From positions 19,353,045 through 19,417,044 of the forward strand of contig NC_092680.1 in assembly GCF_964355755.1 (NCBI RefSeq): 64,000 nt of DNA, in the 5' to 3' direction. The stretch is from Antedon mediterranea (taxonomy: Eukaryota; Animalia; Echinodermata). The notes below the pieces were generated by a model. That model was given only the letters and a program-made list of their open reading frames with translations. It was not told where the DNA came from and ran no database searches. A program made the translations under genes and the position numbers. Shown here in pieces: positions 51,151 to 64,000 of this stretch. The first letter of the stretch is position 1, and each line of letters starts with the position of its first letter.

Positions 51151-51541
51151 GGCCTATTTCTGCTGCATTAAAAATTTATAAAATAATAAATAAATTAACT
51201 ACATTTTCTTGAGAGTAGAAACAGGACAAATCTGTGGTAACCGGTTAAAAGGCAACGGAAAATAACCGGTTGAAAATACCAATTCAATTCTGTGTTAGAA
51301 CGCCATTTAACCGGTTATCGCTGGGAAATTTTTAGCTGCAACACGAAATAACGGTTATTTGATTGACAGCTGCTGACGTTTGAATTACCGCCAGGACCAA
51401 TTGCATTTTGGGTAATGATTTTTGTCAACGACCACTCATTGATTTAACCGGTTATTTCGGAGCACAAATTGAGCAGAAACTTGTTATTATTAATCCATTT
51501 AAAAATAAACGGTTAATTTTCATTACGCAGCAAAACAGACC
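51151..51541. mobile_element. MITE family M3 copy
   Basis: GGCCTATTTCTGCTGC...GCAGCAAAACAGACC; aligns with 34096-34512. Confidence 0.7.
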
Positions 51542-51915
51542 TATAGAAATGAGGTTTTACTCACACTCAAGCTTTTTAACCCAATCATAAGCTGTTGCGC
51601 CCTGCACCTGTAAGCTATATGATTTCAATATTTATTGTACAAAACCAATACTTATATTGCAATTCATACTGATATAAAGTACAGTACCTTCACACTTGCA
51701 TCAATAACACCTCTTCAAAATAACAAATGCATTTACAATAGCTCTTAACAAGGACTATAAAATCATAGTGATTTAATACCGTAGTATAAATTAATATTTA
51801 TCCAAAAGCAAGAATTTGGTTTTCAGTTATTAAATCAATGCTTGATCAAGGTAAACAAATACAATTTAGCTCTCAAATTCATATTTAAATACATATTTCA
51901 ATTACATAAATTTAT

Positions 51916-52115
51916 CAGGCCTTGACTTTTCAAAATTGTATGTGTGCTACAAATTGCACTCCTGAATACATTCAGGGGTGCTGTAGGTGTGCTGTTTGTA
52001 CTTTGGTGTGTAGAAGTTTACCAAATTTAGGCGTGTTGTAAATTGCACTCCTCAGGGGCAGTTTAGGAGTGTGTTAGGTGAGTGATCACTCTCGCACCTT
52101 AAAAGACAAGGCCTG
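51916..52115. mobile_element. 200-bp MITE with CAGG termini (hAT-like)
   Basis: TIR CAGGCCTTGACTTTT / AAAAGACAAGGCCTG; no clear 8-bp TSD. Confidence 0.55.
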
Positions 52116-53529
52116 ATTCATCATGAATTGTTTCACTCAATAAGGAAATAAAGATATTTTTTATTCTATTCTTCATTTAACAGTTTAGAAAGCAGTATCT
52201 GTATAAACTATAAAATAAAGAATACTTTGAACCAAATTATCTGAATCTTGTTTTTAATTATCAGAAATAACAAGAATGGTATGTCATATTGAAAAAGGGT
52301 TTTACAGTACATATTTTAGGTTTTAATAACACAATTAATTTGTATTCATTATATCAAATCGGTTGTTTAAAACTCCACCACATCTTAGTAAAAATGTTTT
52401 TTTTGTTTCAAAATATTTCAAAATTATTCTCTATGAGATTGAGATCTAAAAATAAACTGAATAAATTGAATACTGTATGTAGGAGTGGGCAATTATGATT
52501 ATTAAATATTTAACAACTAATTGTTATGGTTATAATAAACTCCTGCATGTTTTGCTTTTCACCAATATTTAATACAGATGTTTATTATTATAGCATGCAA
52601 TTTATAAAGAATGTATTGATCTGGCAAAAGCATATTGATCTATATTTATGAATGAATTTGCTATATCATATCCTGTCTGTCGAGGCAGTAAACTATGCTG
52701 GAACAGAAAAATTAAAATAATATACACAGTTTTACAATTAAATGTTCAATATTCTGGAAACATTGGCTGCATTTCATTAAAGTTGTCTATAATAATAGCT
52801 GCAAGTCTACCGGTAACTGTTTATACAATAAAATAATAAGCACAAAAAATAGGTTACTCACACTAAAAAAATTAACCCAACCTCTCAAGCTTTCGTGCTA
52901 CGCCTAGATATGCTCTTTTTTCCCCGATTTCAATCTTTTATAAGTATTGTACGTAGAAACTTTTAAATTCTGAACCACATATCCTAATACGTTAAAATCC
53001 ATAAATCTCTCTTTTTTCTAGAAAATCAGATAAATTCTACTTTGCAAGGGTGAGAAAGAGATGGCTTACCAATTAGGCGTGTTGCAAAGTGGATCATTCA
53101 TAGATATTTGATCAAATAAGTTTATTTGCATAATATAACTGGTATCTTCGCAAAACATAAAGCTAAAAGCATTTCCCTACACTAATGGACAAATTAAAAT
53201 GAAAAGAGAAACTTGTCCCGACACATATCAATGGTTCTCATAAAACTAGAGTGCCGGTCATAAATTTTATTTGATACTGTATCTTTAAGCATGTCATTTG
53301 AAACTTTAAAAACATTTTCATCGCATCGCAGAACATATCATTTTGCTTTTTGTATACAGATAACAACTTGGTTTAATTTATATATTGATTATAACATGTA
53401 AATCATATTTTTAATATGTACGATGGACCTTTCAAATAGCATTATTTGAATAAACAACCTGTTTGGAATAAACGTCCCTCGAGTAAATTCCTCTCTCGAA
53501 TAAAGGCTCTCATGGAATATCGTGTGGAA

Positions 53530-55131
53530 TTAACTGTTAAATGCCATTTCTGCAGCTTCGTCTCTCCATTTTCTTAATTGCTTAAAAGAACTTGGATCCG
53601 TATCATCAAAAATTTCCAACCATTGTATGACAGTTCCAATTGCTTGAAAAGCTTTCTTTGGCGTGACCTTACTTTCTCTATCATCCTCCTCCACTGAAGA
53701 TGACCATTCTGTGTTTCTTGCCTTAATCAACCATTGGTGATAGGCAGAATCTTCATCCAGCCATTCATTCACACTCATGCTATCTTTAAAAGCAAGTTTT
53801 TCAAACATATTTTCAAATATCCTTCTATCAACTGAGAGATTTTCATCAACATCTTCCTCAGTAACTTCTTCACGCATTAATTTTCTCCATGATTTTTCCA
53901 ATCTATTCGGTGTAATATCATCCCATGCATCAGCACTCCAACAAACTGCATCCTTTATCTCCAATTCCTTAATAACTTCAGATTTTGGAATATCCTCATC
54001 CTGACAAAAAATGTGTGATAGAAGCTTCATTTTATAAAACATTTTCAGAGATTCTGCAATTCCTTGAGACATTGGCTGAAGTTTACTTTCATGCACTGAA
54101 AGATACATAACACGAATACTACCATCCACAGTTGACAGTTCATCTTCTGGTGGATGGGCAAGTCCATTATCTAATATAAGAATAGCTTTTGAAGGGATTC
54201 CTTTATCTCTACAAAATGTTTCTACAAATGGTACAAAGTGCTCAAAGAACCATCTCTTGAATAAATTGTTATCCATTCTAGAATTTCTTTGAGTAAAGTA
54301 GTTCACAGGTAGAGCATCTATTTGTTTGGAACATTGTTCTAAAGGGGCTTGATGTGTAAATGCCAAAGGTAATTTGCAAGTTCCATTAGCATTTGCAGAA
54401 GCTAATAAGGTCACGCAATATTCAGCAGCTTTTCTCTTGACCTTAGCATTCATTGAATTACTGGGCATCAACTTCCAATACAGACTTATTTCATCTGCAG
54501 TAAAAATTTGATCTTTAGTGAGTCCTTCATCAGCAATGACTTTCATTAACTTAGTCTGAATTGGTCCTTTTGTAATCTCCAGATCACTTGTAATCTCCAG
54601 TCCACTTGTAATCTCGAGTCCACCTGTAATCTCTAGTCCACTTGTAATCTCCAGTCCACTTGTAATCTCCGGTCCACTTGTAATCTCCAGTCCACTTCTG
54701 GATGCCTTGTCAATGGACTGGATACCATGTCTTCTCTTAAATCCAGCCAACCAGCCAGAACTAGCTGTGAATTTCTTGTAACTATCAGGATAGAGTTCTT
54801 CCGCTAACAATAAAGCCTTGGTTTGAATTAAGGGACCAGACACAACAATTCCTTCTCTACGTTGCTCTTTCACCCATTCATAACAAGCTTCATCAACCTT
54901 TTCATAAATAGCTGAAGATAAGTATGACTTCATTAAAACTTGATCAGGAACTTCAGATTTTGAAATGCTACTTTCAATGTTATCTCGCTTACCCCATATT
55001 GTGGAAATTGTTGATTTGGACAAATTGAACATATTTGCAACAACAGAATTAGATTTGCCCTTTTTCCTTTCAGCAATTATTTTCATTTTAGTAGCAAGAG
55101 ACAAAGTTTGACGTGTCTTTGTAGGAGCCAT
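53530..55131 (-). CDS. Tigger/Jerky (CENP-B/pogo) transposase-derived protein, 533 aa
   Basis: HTH-psq (LSKSTISTIW), HTH-CENPB (SGPLIQTKA, FTASSGWLAGFKRRHGI) and DDE_1 domain (ADE, LILDN..AH, LQPMSQG). Intact single-exon CDS; splice acceptor at 55245-55247; no TIRs recognised. Confidence 0.9.
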   Translation of the reverse strand: MAPTKTRQTLSLATKMKIIAERKKGKSNSVVANMFNLSKSTISTIWGKRDNIESSISKSEVPDQVLMKSYLSSAIYEKVDEACYEWVKEQRREGIVVSGPLIQTKALLLAEELYPDSYKKFTASSGWLAGFKRRHGIQSIDKASRSGLEITSGPEITSGLEITSGLEITGGLEITSGLEITSDLEITKGPIQTKLMKVIADEGLTKDQIFTADEISLYWKLMPSNSMNAKVKRKAAEYCVTLLASANANGTCKLPLAFTHQAPLEQCSKQIDALPVNYFTQRNSRMDNNLFKRWFFEHFVPFVETFCRDKGIPSKAILILDNGLAHPPEDELSTVDGSIRVMYLSVHESKLQPMSQGIAESLKMFYKMKLLSHIFCQDEDIPKSEVIKELEIKDAVCWSADAWDDITPNRLEKSWRKLMREEVTEEDVDENLSVDRRIFENMFEKLAFKDSMSVNEWLDEDSAYHQWLIKARNTEWSSSVEEDDRESKVTPKKAFQAIGTVIQWLEIFDDTDPSSFKQLRKWRDEAAEMAFNS

Positions 55132-55905
55132 ACCGGCGAGTTAAATAAAAGTTTTCAAAGTTTCCACTTAACTTCTATCTTGAAATTGGACCATGGATTG
55201 GTTACTGCATAATATCTTGGCTTTTTTCGGTCTTTAATTCAATTCTGGAAAGAAACGTCAGGATTTTCTCACAACTAAAACTTATTTCTTCTCATGAACT
55301 CATTGTTAAAAGAAATCTGTCAAGGCACAAGTAATATTTATATTTGCAAAAAAATTATTAAAATTATCATGTTATAATCTGCTTACGGTATGTTTTTAAA
55401 TGGGTCAATATTTCAGTCAATACTACAGTATTAAACTACATTTTGTTTATCCTTTAAGCTGTTTAATCCTTTTATAATGTTATTTTAGTAAAAAGTGTAG
55501 TTCTGGAGTAATTGCAGTAAAATAATATCTGACAAGTCTCCAATTCAATACATAGTATGTAATTATTAGAAATGTATTCTATTTTATTTGAAATTAAATA
55601 TTTACAATGTGAAAAATATAGTTAGTACAATACCTAAACAAGTATAATTTAACACTAAATAATATTCATTAGAATACAAATTGATATTGATATTAATATC
55701 ATTACATAATTATTGTTATATTAAGATGATAAATAATTGTATCTACTGTACAGTGATATATTTCTACATTTTTTTAAATGTAAACAAATAAAGGATTTCC
55801 TGACATGATATAATCAACCAAAAAGTTGTATATATCCTGCAATTTAAACAATAAAATATGGATATACTGTAGTACAGTATCCACAACCTCCATGTTTACT
55901 ATTAT

Positions 55906-56530
55906 ACAAATAATGAATGTTTATGAGTGTAATGGTACAAATAATGGCATGAGGTGAATGATGAAAGGTTATATTTCAATGAGGCACAAGTCAAGTCGAA
56001 ATATAACCTTTCATCATTCATCAAATGCCATTATTTGTACCATTACATGAATATAAAAAATTCATTATTTGTTTTATATAACATCTAAATAGATTCCTGT
56101 TATTTGAATCATTGAAAATTAAGGTAGGCCTAGCCAAGACCTACATTTCATTCACATTGATTAAAACAGTAACATTGGTTTTTAATAATTATATTAAATA
56201 TTATTATTTATATGGATTTTATACAGTAAACGCACCCACTGTTAGTGTAATAATTACAGTATGTCAACAAACTAACAAACAATCCTAGGCCTCGCAAGGC
56301 TAAAACGGCTAAGCCTACTATAATACTGACAGGCCTACTAGGCCTACTGTAGGACTACTACTAGGCCTACTGTAGGCCTACTACTAGGCCTATCTAGTGT
56401 TTTTTTCAACCGCGAAACGTTTTTTTCCCCGTACACAATGTTAAAACGATCGTTTAATAGTGCGTACTATTGCACACCATGTGACCCACAATCGTCCAAT
56501 CAAATGACAGGAATTAATTTAGGTGTTATA
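55906..56530. mobile_element. Non-autonomous element with two inverted-repeat pairs
   Basis: ~75-bp arms form a hairpin at 55906-56072; a second IR pair lies at 56077-56108 / 56500-56530. Confidence 0.55.
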
Positions 56531-58672
56531 CTGTAGTATATATTTATTTTATATCATTTTAGGTTTTTATAAAACATACTGTATTATTTATAATTTTTAA
56601 AAATAAAATGGCTTTTAAAAACAATTTCAAATTTAAAGATATTTTATATAGTTCAAAGACTTACAATACAAATTGATTCAATTATTTATAATTAATTTAT
56701 TGTAATTATTGATTAATAATATTAATGTCAGTAAATATGTTAATACATTTTATAAGTAACTGAATAATTGCTCTTGTAATAAAAAATAATATATTTCACC
56801 ATTTTACACATTTATATAAGCTGCAAAACTCATAAATTAAATGTGAACAGAAATATTAATATATGTAACACTCAGTCTTTGAAGGAGACATTATAAAGAA
56901 GGCTGTCGACAACCAATATCGTTTAAGATTAGAGGGGTAACCCCAGGGTAAAGGTCAACCAATCATATCATGGTGCTAGCATCGATTTAATAAAGTAGTT
57001 ATCAGAAACAAGGTGATGTAATCTACATTAATTTACATCTAAAATCCTAATCATGTCCGTTTATACTAAGATGATAACAACGAACAGAAAACAACAGAAA
57101 ACTACAGAAAAAGAGAACAGACATTGTGTTTATCCTAGAACTATAGGATTAACCATACTGTGTGTGATATTATAGCTTTTTGTCAAACTAGTTTTATAGT
57201 GTAGACCGAGCTTAAGAAAATAATATTCTCACAATTCTAATCGAAAGATTAATTGAACAATAAAATCATATCGTATGAATTTTATCGGTTTCATTTGATT
57301 GGATTTGTGAAAATATTATTTTCATCGATGACACAGTATAAAAGGTTTGTAGGTTTGTATTTTAGTTCTAGGATGATTTTGTTATTTTTTCGCAGCAGAA
57401 ACAGGACAAGAGAAAAGTATCAGTTGGTGTAAAAATGGAAATAATTCCTCAATGGTCAGAAACAAATTTGAAGACTATCTTTCTGTTGTATAGAAAGGAC
57501 ATTAAACAGCTGTTTATGTTAAAATGTAATGTAATCTGTTATGCAAGTCTAAATAGTCAAAGAATATATAGTACAGACAATAGAACTTGTTGTCCCATAA
57601 GGACAAATTATAGACTGCCTATTGGGTAATACTGGACCGCCTATTGAGAAAGACTGCCAGGCACATGGGACACTGTCTACAGCAATCCATAACACACAAA
57701 TAAATCTAGGTACATAATCAAATCATGAAGTAATTCCTTCATGATCCAATACAGTGTCATTGCATAATATTTGATAATTCGATAATATAGCAGTTACCTT
57801 TGGAATTTCAAAAACAGATTTACATTGATCACTGATAATGATGTTGCTATTATATAAAGACAGTGTTTGTAATATCATTCATGATTCGACATGTTCAGAA
57901 TTTAAAAGTTTAAAGAGTTTAAAAGGTTATTCAATTATATAGTTAAATGTTGCAATACAGTTTAAATTAAATAAATTTGCAAAGGATTGAAACAAGAAAA
58001 AAATAGCAGAGCTACAGTATGGTAGCTGGCAAAAGAATATAATTTTATAAAACTACACACTAGCTGATACTAAGCATCAATATCCACATGAAATGGATTT
58101 TGTGTTTTTACAAACAGACACTAATGTTTAACATATTACTGTAGTTTATTCATTAACAAGATTACAATTGAATTAAACTGTTTATTTTTATAGCTAAATT
58201 GTTTTAATTTTTCAGATGTAAATGAAAATTTCTTTGAGCTAAAATAAAGTGTTTTGTGTAGCTCTCTAAACCACATTTTTGAGCGAAACGCATGTTTATA
58301 TCGGACCAATGCGCGGGTTAGTGTACAAACGATATAGCCTAAACACTTCAGAAGGTGGAATAGATAGAGTAAGTTTCTTATTATTCTATACTAAAGGTAG
58401 TATCTAAGTGTGTTACGTGGTTTTATTAGATTGTTACCAACGATAGTACTTGTCAGTAACATCGTCGAAAAGAGGCTAGTAAGCAAAAAGATACCACTCA
58501 TATTGGCTACATGAAAATCCTGACATTCTGAATATAATTACTGTATAATACATTGTAGAATGCCATTACAAATTGCATCTCAAAGTACAATGTTGTGAGC
58601 ACATTTGTTTACCTACAGTACAGTATTTCTAATTTAGGGTATAATATGTTGAAATGTAAAATTCATGTCTTA

Positions 58673-58834
58673 GGCTCAGTCTACACTATCAAACTTTATG
58701 CGAAAAAAAAATGTGATGTGCCCATATGAACATGATAATGTCATATCACTACCATATTTACTGTAGGCATATCACTACCATATTTGGGCACATCACACTT
58801 TCTTTGATGAACTAGTGATAGTGTAGATAGAGAT
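58673..58834. mobile_element. MITE family M1 copy
   Basis: GGCTCAGTCTACACTATCAAACT ... GATAGTGTAGATAGAGAT; carries a CTGTA insertion at 58761-58765. Confidence 0.75.
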
Positions 58835-61665
58835 TTAACTGCATAAAATATATTTGTGTATAGATTATTCCCATTTCACTGGATAATATTAAGGATCCAC
58901 ACGCGGTATACAGGGAAATCTATCAAAACACGTCCTAAATATACTGTAGTTAACAGCTGAAGCTCTCTGAATACTGAAAACTTTCTTGGATAAATTCATA
59001 CAGTACTGTATTATGTTATTCATGCATTCTAAAACCATACATTCTTAATCAAATACAGTACTTTAGGGTTTCTGTTGTTACGACAGAATTGTATGGAAAA
59101 ATGGGAATAATCTGTACATACAGGATAATATTTAAATTGTAAGCACGGTGTTGTTAGTATTACAAGCTGTATTTTTGGGATGGTAGACAAAACATGAATC
59201 CCAACCACTGCCACAGTCTGTTAAATTACCATCTTTAGCCTATTGAAACAAAAACTCACTACTGTTGCAGTACATTAGGCAATATGGTAATTTATATTTA
59301 GTGAAAATGCTAATATATTGCAATTGTATAGTTAAATAAATAATGCACATGTGTTGAACGCATTCAGAATGACAATTGACATATGTTAACAGTGAAATTT
59401 ATACAATTGAATCTCCTTGTTATTCACTGCAGACATTTAAAAATAATCTGCGTAAAACATTTCTGCTGTGAAAAAAACCGGAAGTACTAACAAAATACAA
59501 AAACATTTTATTCATCAAATCACAAATTACAATAAAATAATAGTATGTACAATGTTTCAAGAAAATGATGAAATGGGATCTCAGGATAAAACAGTGTGTA
59601 CACAATCATAATATCATCTTCAATATCAGAATGAAAAATTGTTTGTGTTTTTTTATACTATAGAAAAAAAAAATAATACACCAATGATTTATAAAATATT
59701 CCCAATCTCAATTGCATTACAGTATCAGAAAGATTAGGGAACTTACATTTTCACAATATGCTATATAGAGAAATAATTTTAGAATGACTATTGGACTCAA
59801 TAGCTGCATTGTTGAATGTGGAGCATAATTAGGAAAGGTCATTAAAGATAACAAAATATACCATTAGTAAAAATGTGCACTGACTGACTTGCTAATTTTG
59901 ACATCTTTTCACAACTGAACAGAAAATCAACATTTTCCTTTAAATCACACAATCTAAATACTGTATACTGTATATGAAAAATATGAATGTATTTCATTGA
60001 AAATTCACTTTTCTTATCTTTTTCTTTCATAATGTTTGAAGAGAATTTTAAAGAGTACTGACAGGCGGTCCCTTAAAAGTCATGTATTGTAACATATTAA
60101 TGATAATTTATGCAGCAAATGAAACACAAGCAAAACGATTGGTTTCCTGCTTAAGTTACATATGATCTCTGTCTGAACACATGTTATAATATTTGTGATT
60201 AAAAATAAATATATTAAAAGAGACTGCATAAATCTTTCATGGTGAATTAACACATCCTGGAGTGAAGTTCATTGATAAGAACAGTTTAAATTTAACTATC
60301 AGCTCGGCCTTCAAAACTGTTTTACCTTGAGCTTAAGTTTGCTATTGATCACTGAAACAACATATGAACACTTTGAAAGCAATAAAATAAATATTGAAAT
60401 AATTGTAATTAATTAGGCACAAAATGCCTTATTTGCTACATACTAGAGGAGCATGCTTGCTCTGGTATAGCATGGAGAAATAAGTTGAGATTTCTTCATG
60501 AGTATAGTACTGTATTAAGGTATTATTGAATAATTGTAGAAAAAGCTACTTAAAACATTGTACTTGTTTCACCTATATTCTCAGTACATATTAATTAGCA
60601 CGGGTAATCTATTCTAAATTTAAAATTGTGATAAAAAAAACTGTTTTTGGTTTTCCAAACTTGATTTTTCATTCAAAATAATTATGAGAGCTTTATTAAT
60701 ACAGGTACACTAGTAGTACTATATATCTTGAAATTATAGTATATATATATAATTATAGTATATATAGACAAAACCATATAAGCCGCATACTGATCACAGT
60801 GTGTTAGCAAAAACCTTGCTTGTGGAGAATGTAAATCACGTACCTACATAAATATAGTGAGAAAATTAAAATATAGAAAAATGATATGAGAAAATTATAT
60901 TCTTACCATATAAATATAACTGCTGAAATATTGTATAAGTCCATTGGATTGCATAAGAATTAGATCACATTGAGCATGCTGTGTAGTACATGCCTTCTAT
61001 AATACCAGACACACCACATAATATGAATGAAACGATTTTCACTGCATAAAGCAATGAGGATTATACAGTACGTCACAGATCTACTACGTCAATGGCTGAT
61101 CTGCTCAAGCGGAACTAATGATATGCAGGATAATAATCACTACAGTATTATGTATATTCATATATGATTGCTATAATTCCCTATTTTTAATACCTTTTTA
61201 CAACAATTTAGAGGGAAATAATTTGGTGAAAACTCATAATCTCTATTAAGAGAACGAAAAACATATTTCGATGGTTTAGAATTATAATGTATCTATATAT
61301 AACCTACAGTATGTATTATTGAATTGGAAATTCAGTGGGGTTCTAAACCCACAGCGGCATTTTAACCATCATTTATCTATTTGATGCTATTTAAACAAAA
61401 TTTGTTTAAAATCTACTGAAAGAATTATTAAACATACATTGCTATTTTTATATTCCATTATTTAATAACTATTAATGTCAAAGGTCAGACTGTATTGCAT
61501 AACTGTATTATTACATAATTTATTGTGGGTCGTACTGTCAAATTCTACTGCAGTGTCATTCGCTTGTCTTTTTTTTTAGATCAAATCTATGTTCTATTTA
61601 AAAGTCAGACGTTCTAAAAAGGGGACTGAGCTAGATGGTCATCCTGAGACAGAAGTAAACTGGAA

Positions 61666-64000
61666 CTAGACATGAAACTCGTCACTTTGACGAGTTAGTT
61701 ATCCGCACGACAAACGCCACGTGCACGTCATACGTTGGAATATTGGACACAGAAAAAGATTATGGCATTATGACCTGAACTGAAGAATATGATATGTTGT
61801 TATTGCTGAATTCTGTTATTTTGTGTCATATAGTATACACAGTACAATATGTATACATATCACATACAGTGTAGAATAGATGAAATTGCGGGACCTGCTA
61901 TTTATTCCAATTTTTAAAATGTTGACGGTTTCAAAATGAAACGTGAATGTAGCAATTTCGGAAGGAAATTATCTCAGCAGAAACATATTAACGTGTAGAA
62001 GAAATTTTAATACGTGAAATATTAATGCGCGCTCTTTTAAATGTAATGAACTATGACGCAAAAGATGAAAATATGACTTTGTTTATTTAACTGGCCATAT
62101 GATGACGTCACAACATCTGATTGGCGAAAAGTTCACATGATTTCGTATCTACAATCCAATAGCTTTCTGAAAACGTTTTAATCGTGATTATCACATTTTA
62201 TTCTTACGAGCTATAACAGATTAAAATTTACTGTAAAGATGAAATTAATGACGCTGTTAATTAAAATTTTTAGGCATGATGACGTCATAAAAATTAAAAT
62301 ATTTTGAACTCATGCGTAAGATAGTTGATTGACCTACATAATATTAAAATCTCGGAGAAAAAGGAATACAGATAGGCGTGATGCCCTCCATTTAATATGA
62401 TGAGCAATAACAAAAGAGACAAAAATCCTATATTTTACATTCGTGTGGCCATACGATGATGTCACAATGTCCGGTTAGCCATATTGATTCATGATCCGAT
62501 TTCTACAACTCATCAACTTCCAGAATATGTAATTAAAAAAAAGTTTACCTCGTTGTTTAGAATCTATGACTGTTTAAAAAAAAAAAAAAATTTTTTAACT
62601 TTTTCATCAAAAACGCACGTAAAGTATCCAATTCAACGTGCCCGTATGACGTAATTGTAAGTCGAAATTGTTTTAAAATTGGTAAAATTACTATAAAAGG
62701 CTGGAAAAACATAATTCAATAAAAAAAAAATACTTTTAGCGCTACGTGCGCACCACGCGCATAAAATTGTTCGCGCGCGTGGGAAATTTTGACATGCTCA
62801 AAATGTCATGATCAGCGTAGAAAGTTGATTAAAAATTAATTTTGCGCATTTTGAATTTTAAATGCGCGTGCGCGCGTAACTTTGTGTAAAACACGCACTT
62901 TTTTTCCACAGAAAGTTAGCGCATGATATAAATTAAACTTTTGCTAAGTTTCAATTTAAATTGTTATATGGTTTTAAATCTATGTTAAATACGCGAAATT
63001 CATAAAATCGTGCGTAAGTCACGTTGCGCATTTCTGACGTCATTCACAATAGGAGGTGCACAACTTCACGTGAATGCCCATATGTTGACAAAGTTATGAA
63101 ATTTTATGTTTACACATTTTTTATATAAGCGAGACACAAAAATAGAGGAGAAATGCGCGTGCGCGCGTAACGTCTTGTAAAACATGGCATTTTTAATCCA
63201 CAAAAAGGTTGCCCTTGATATGACATAAATTTTCAGAAAGTGTCAAAATAAAATTATGCTTGGTTTTTAGCCTATGATCAATCATAAAAAATCATAAAAT
63301 CGCACGTAAGTCACGTTGCGCAACTCTGACGTCATTCAAAATAGGAGGTGCACAACTTCACGTAAATGCCCATATGTTGACAAAGTTATAAAATGTTATG
63401 TTTACAAGTTTTTGAGATACGCGAGACACAAAAATGGAGGAGAAAGAAAGAAGAATAATACTAGACATGAAACTCGTCACATTGACGAGTTAGTTATCCG
63501 CACCACGACAAACACGTCATACGTTGGAATATTGCACACAGATAAAGATTATGGCATTATCACAAGAACTGAAGAATATGATATGCTGTTAGTGCTGAAT
63601 TCTGTCAATTTTGTGTCATATAGTATATACATGCAAACAGTATAATCTGTATACATATTACATACAGTGTAGAATAGGTGAAATTACGGGACCCGCCATT
63701 TATTCCAATTTTTAACATGGCGACGGTATCAAAATGAAACACTTAGATAGCAATTTCAGAAGGAAATTATCTCAGGAACAACATATTAACGTGTAGAAGA
63801 AATTTGAATACGTAAAATATAGATGCGCACCCTTTTAAATGTGATGAACTATTACGCAAAAGATGAAAATACGACCTTTTTTATTTAACTGGCCATATGA
63901 TGACGTCACAACATCCGATTGGCAACATTTTAACATAATTTCCTATCTACTATCCAATAGCTTCCAGAAAAAGTTTTAATCGTGATTATCACATTTTATT
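61666..64000 (-). mobile_element. Head-to-tail tandem Helitron-like non-autonomous elements (1795-bp unit; second copy cut by the window edge)
   Basis: Direct repeat starting at 61666 and 63461. On the minus strand each unit ends with hairpin AACTCGTCA-nnn-TGACGAGTT, 6 nt, then CTAG|T. Internal ~291-bp duplication (62861 / 63152). Confidence 0.7.

Noticed and set aside
63316-63645. 109-aa ORF at the right end
   Set aside because: Spans the junction of two non-coding repeat units; no Rep/helicase motifs.

Overview
AT-rich eukaryotic genomic DNA with GT-AG introns. It is probably from an invertebrate animal (inferred from gene families and repeat types; species not determinable). Genes reconstructed by hand: (1) two candidate 5' coding exons of an unidentified minus-strand gene running off the left edge; (2) a four-exon DUSP23-like gene whose exons splice in frame into one ~310-aa protein with two complete phosphatase domains; (3) five intact three-exon CYP2-clan cytochrome P450 genes (A-, B+, C+, D-, E-), with signs of recent duplication and gene conversion and a shared W->Q change in the C-helix WxxxR motif; (4) a PTCHD3-like sterol-sensing-domain gene with two coding exons; (5) a gene with an intronless CDS derived from a Tigger/Jerky (CENP-B/pogo) transposase, with a mutated third catalytic Asp and a 7x hexapeptide linker. 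Non-coding DNA holds many MITEs, a 3.76-kb long-TIR (Academ-like) element carrying a minisatellite, LINE/SINE remnants and a head-to-tail Helitron-like array. Comparing paralogues shows that several of the very abundant TACTGTA/TAGCCTA/TAGGCCTA words are 5-6-nt insertions at TA sites, i.e. probable transposon excision footprints. All coordinates, counts and alignments were done by eye.
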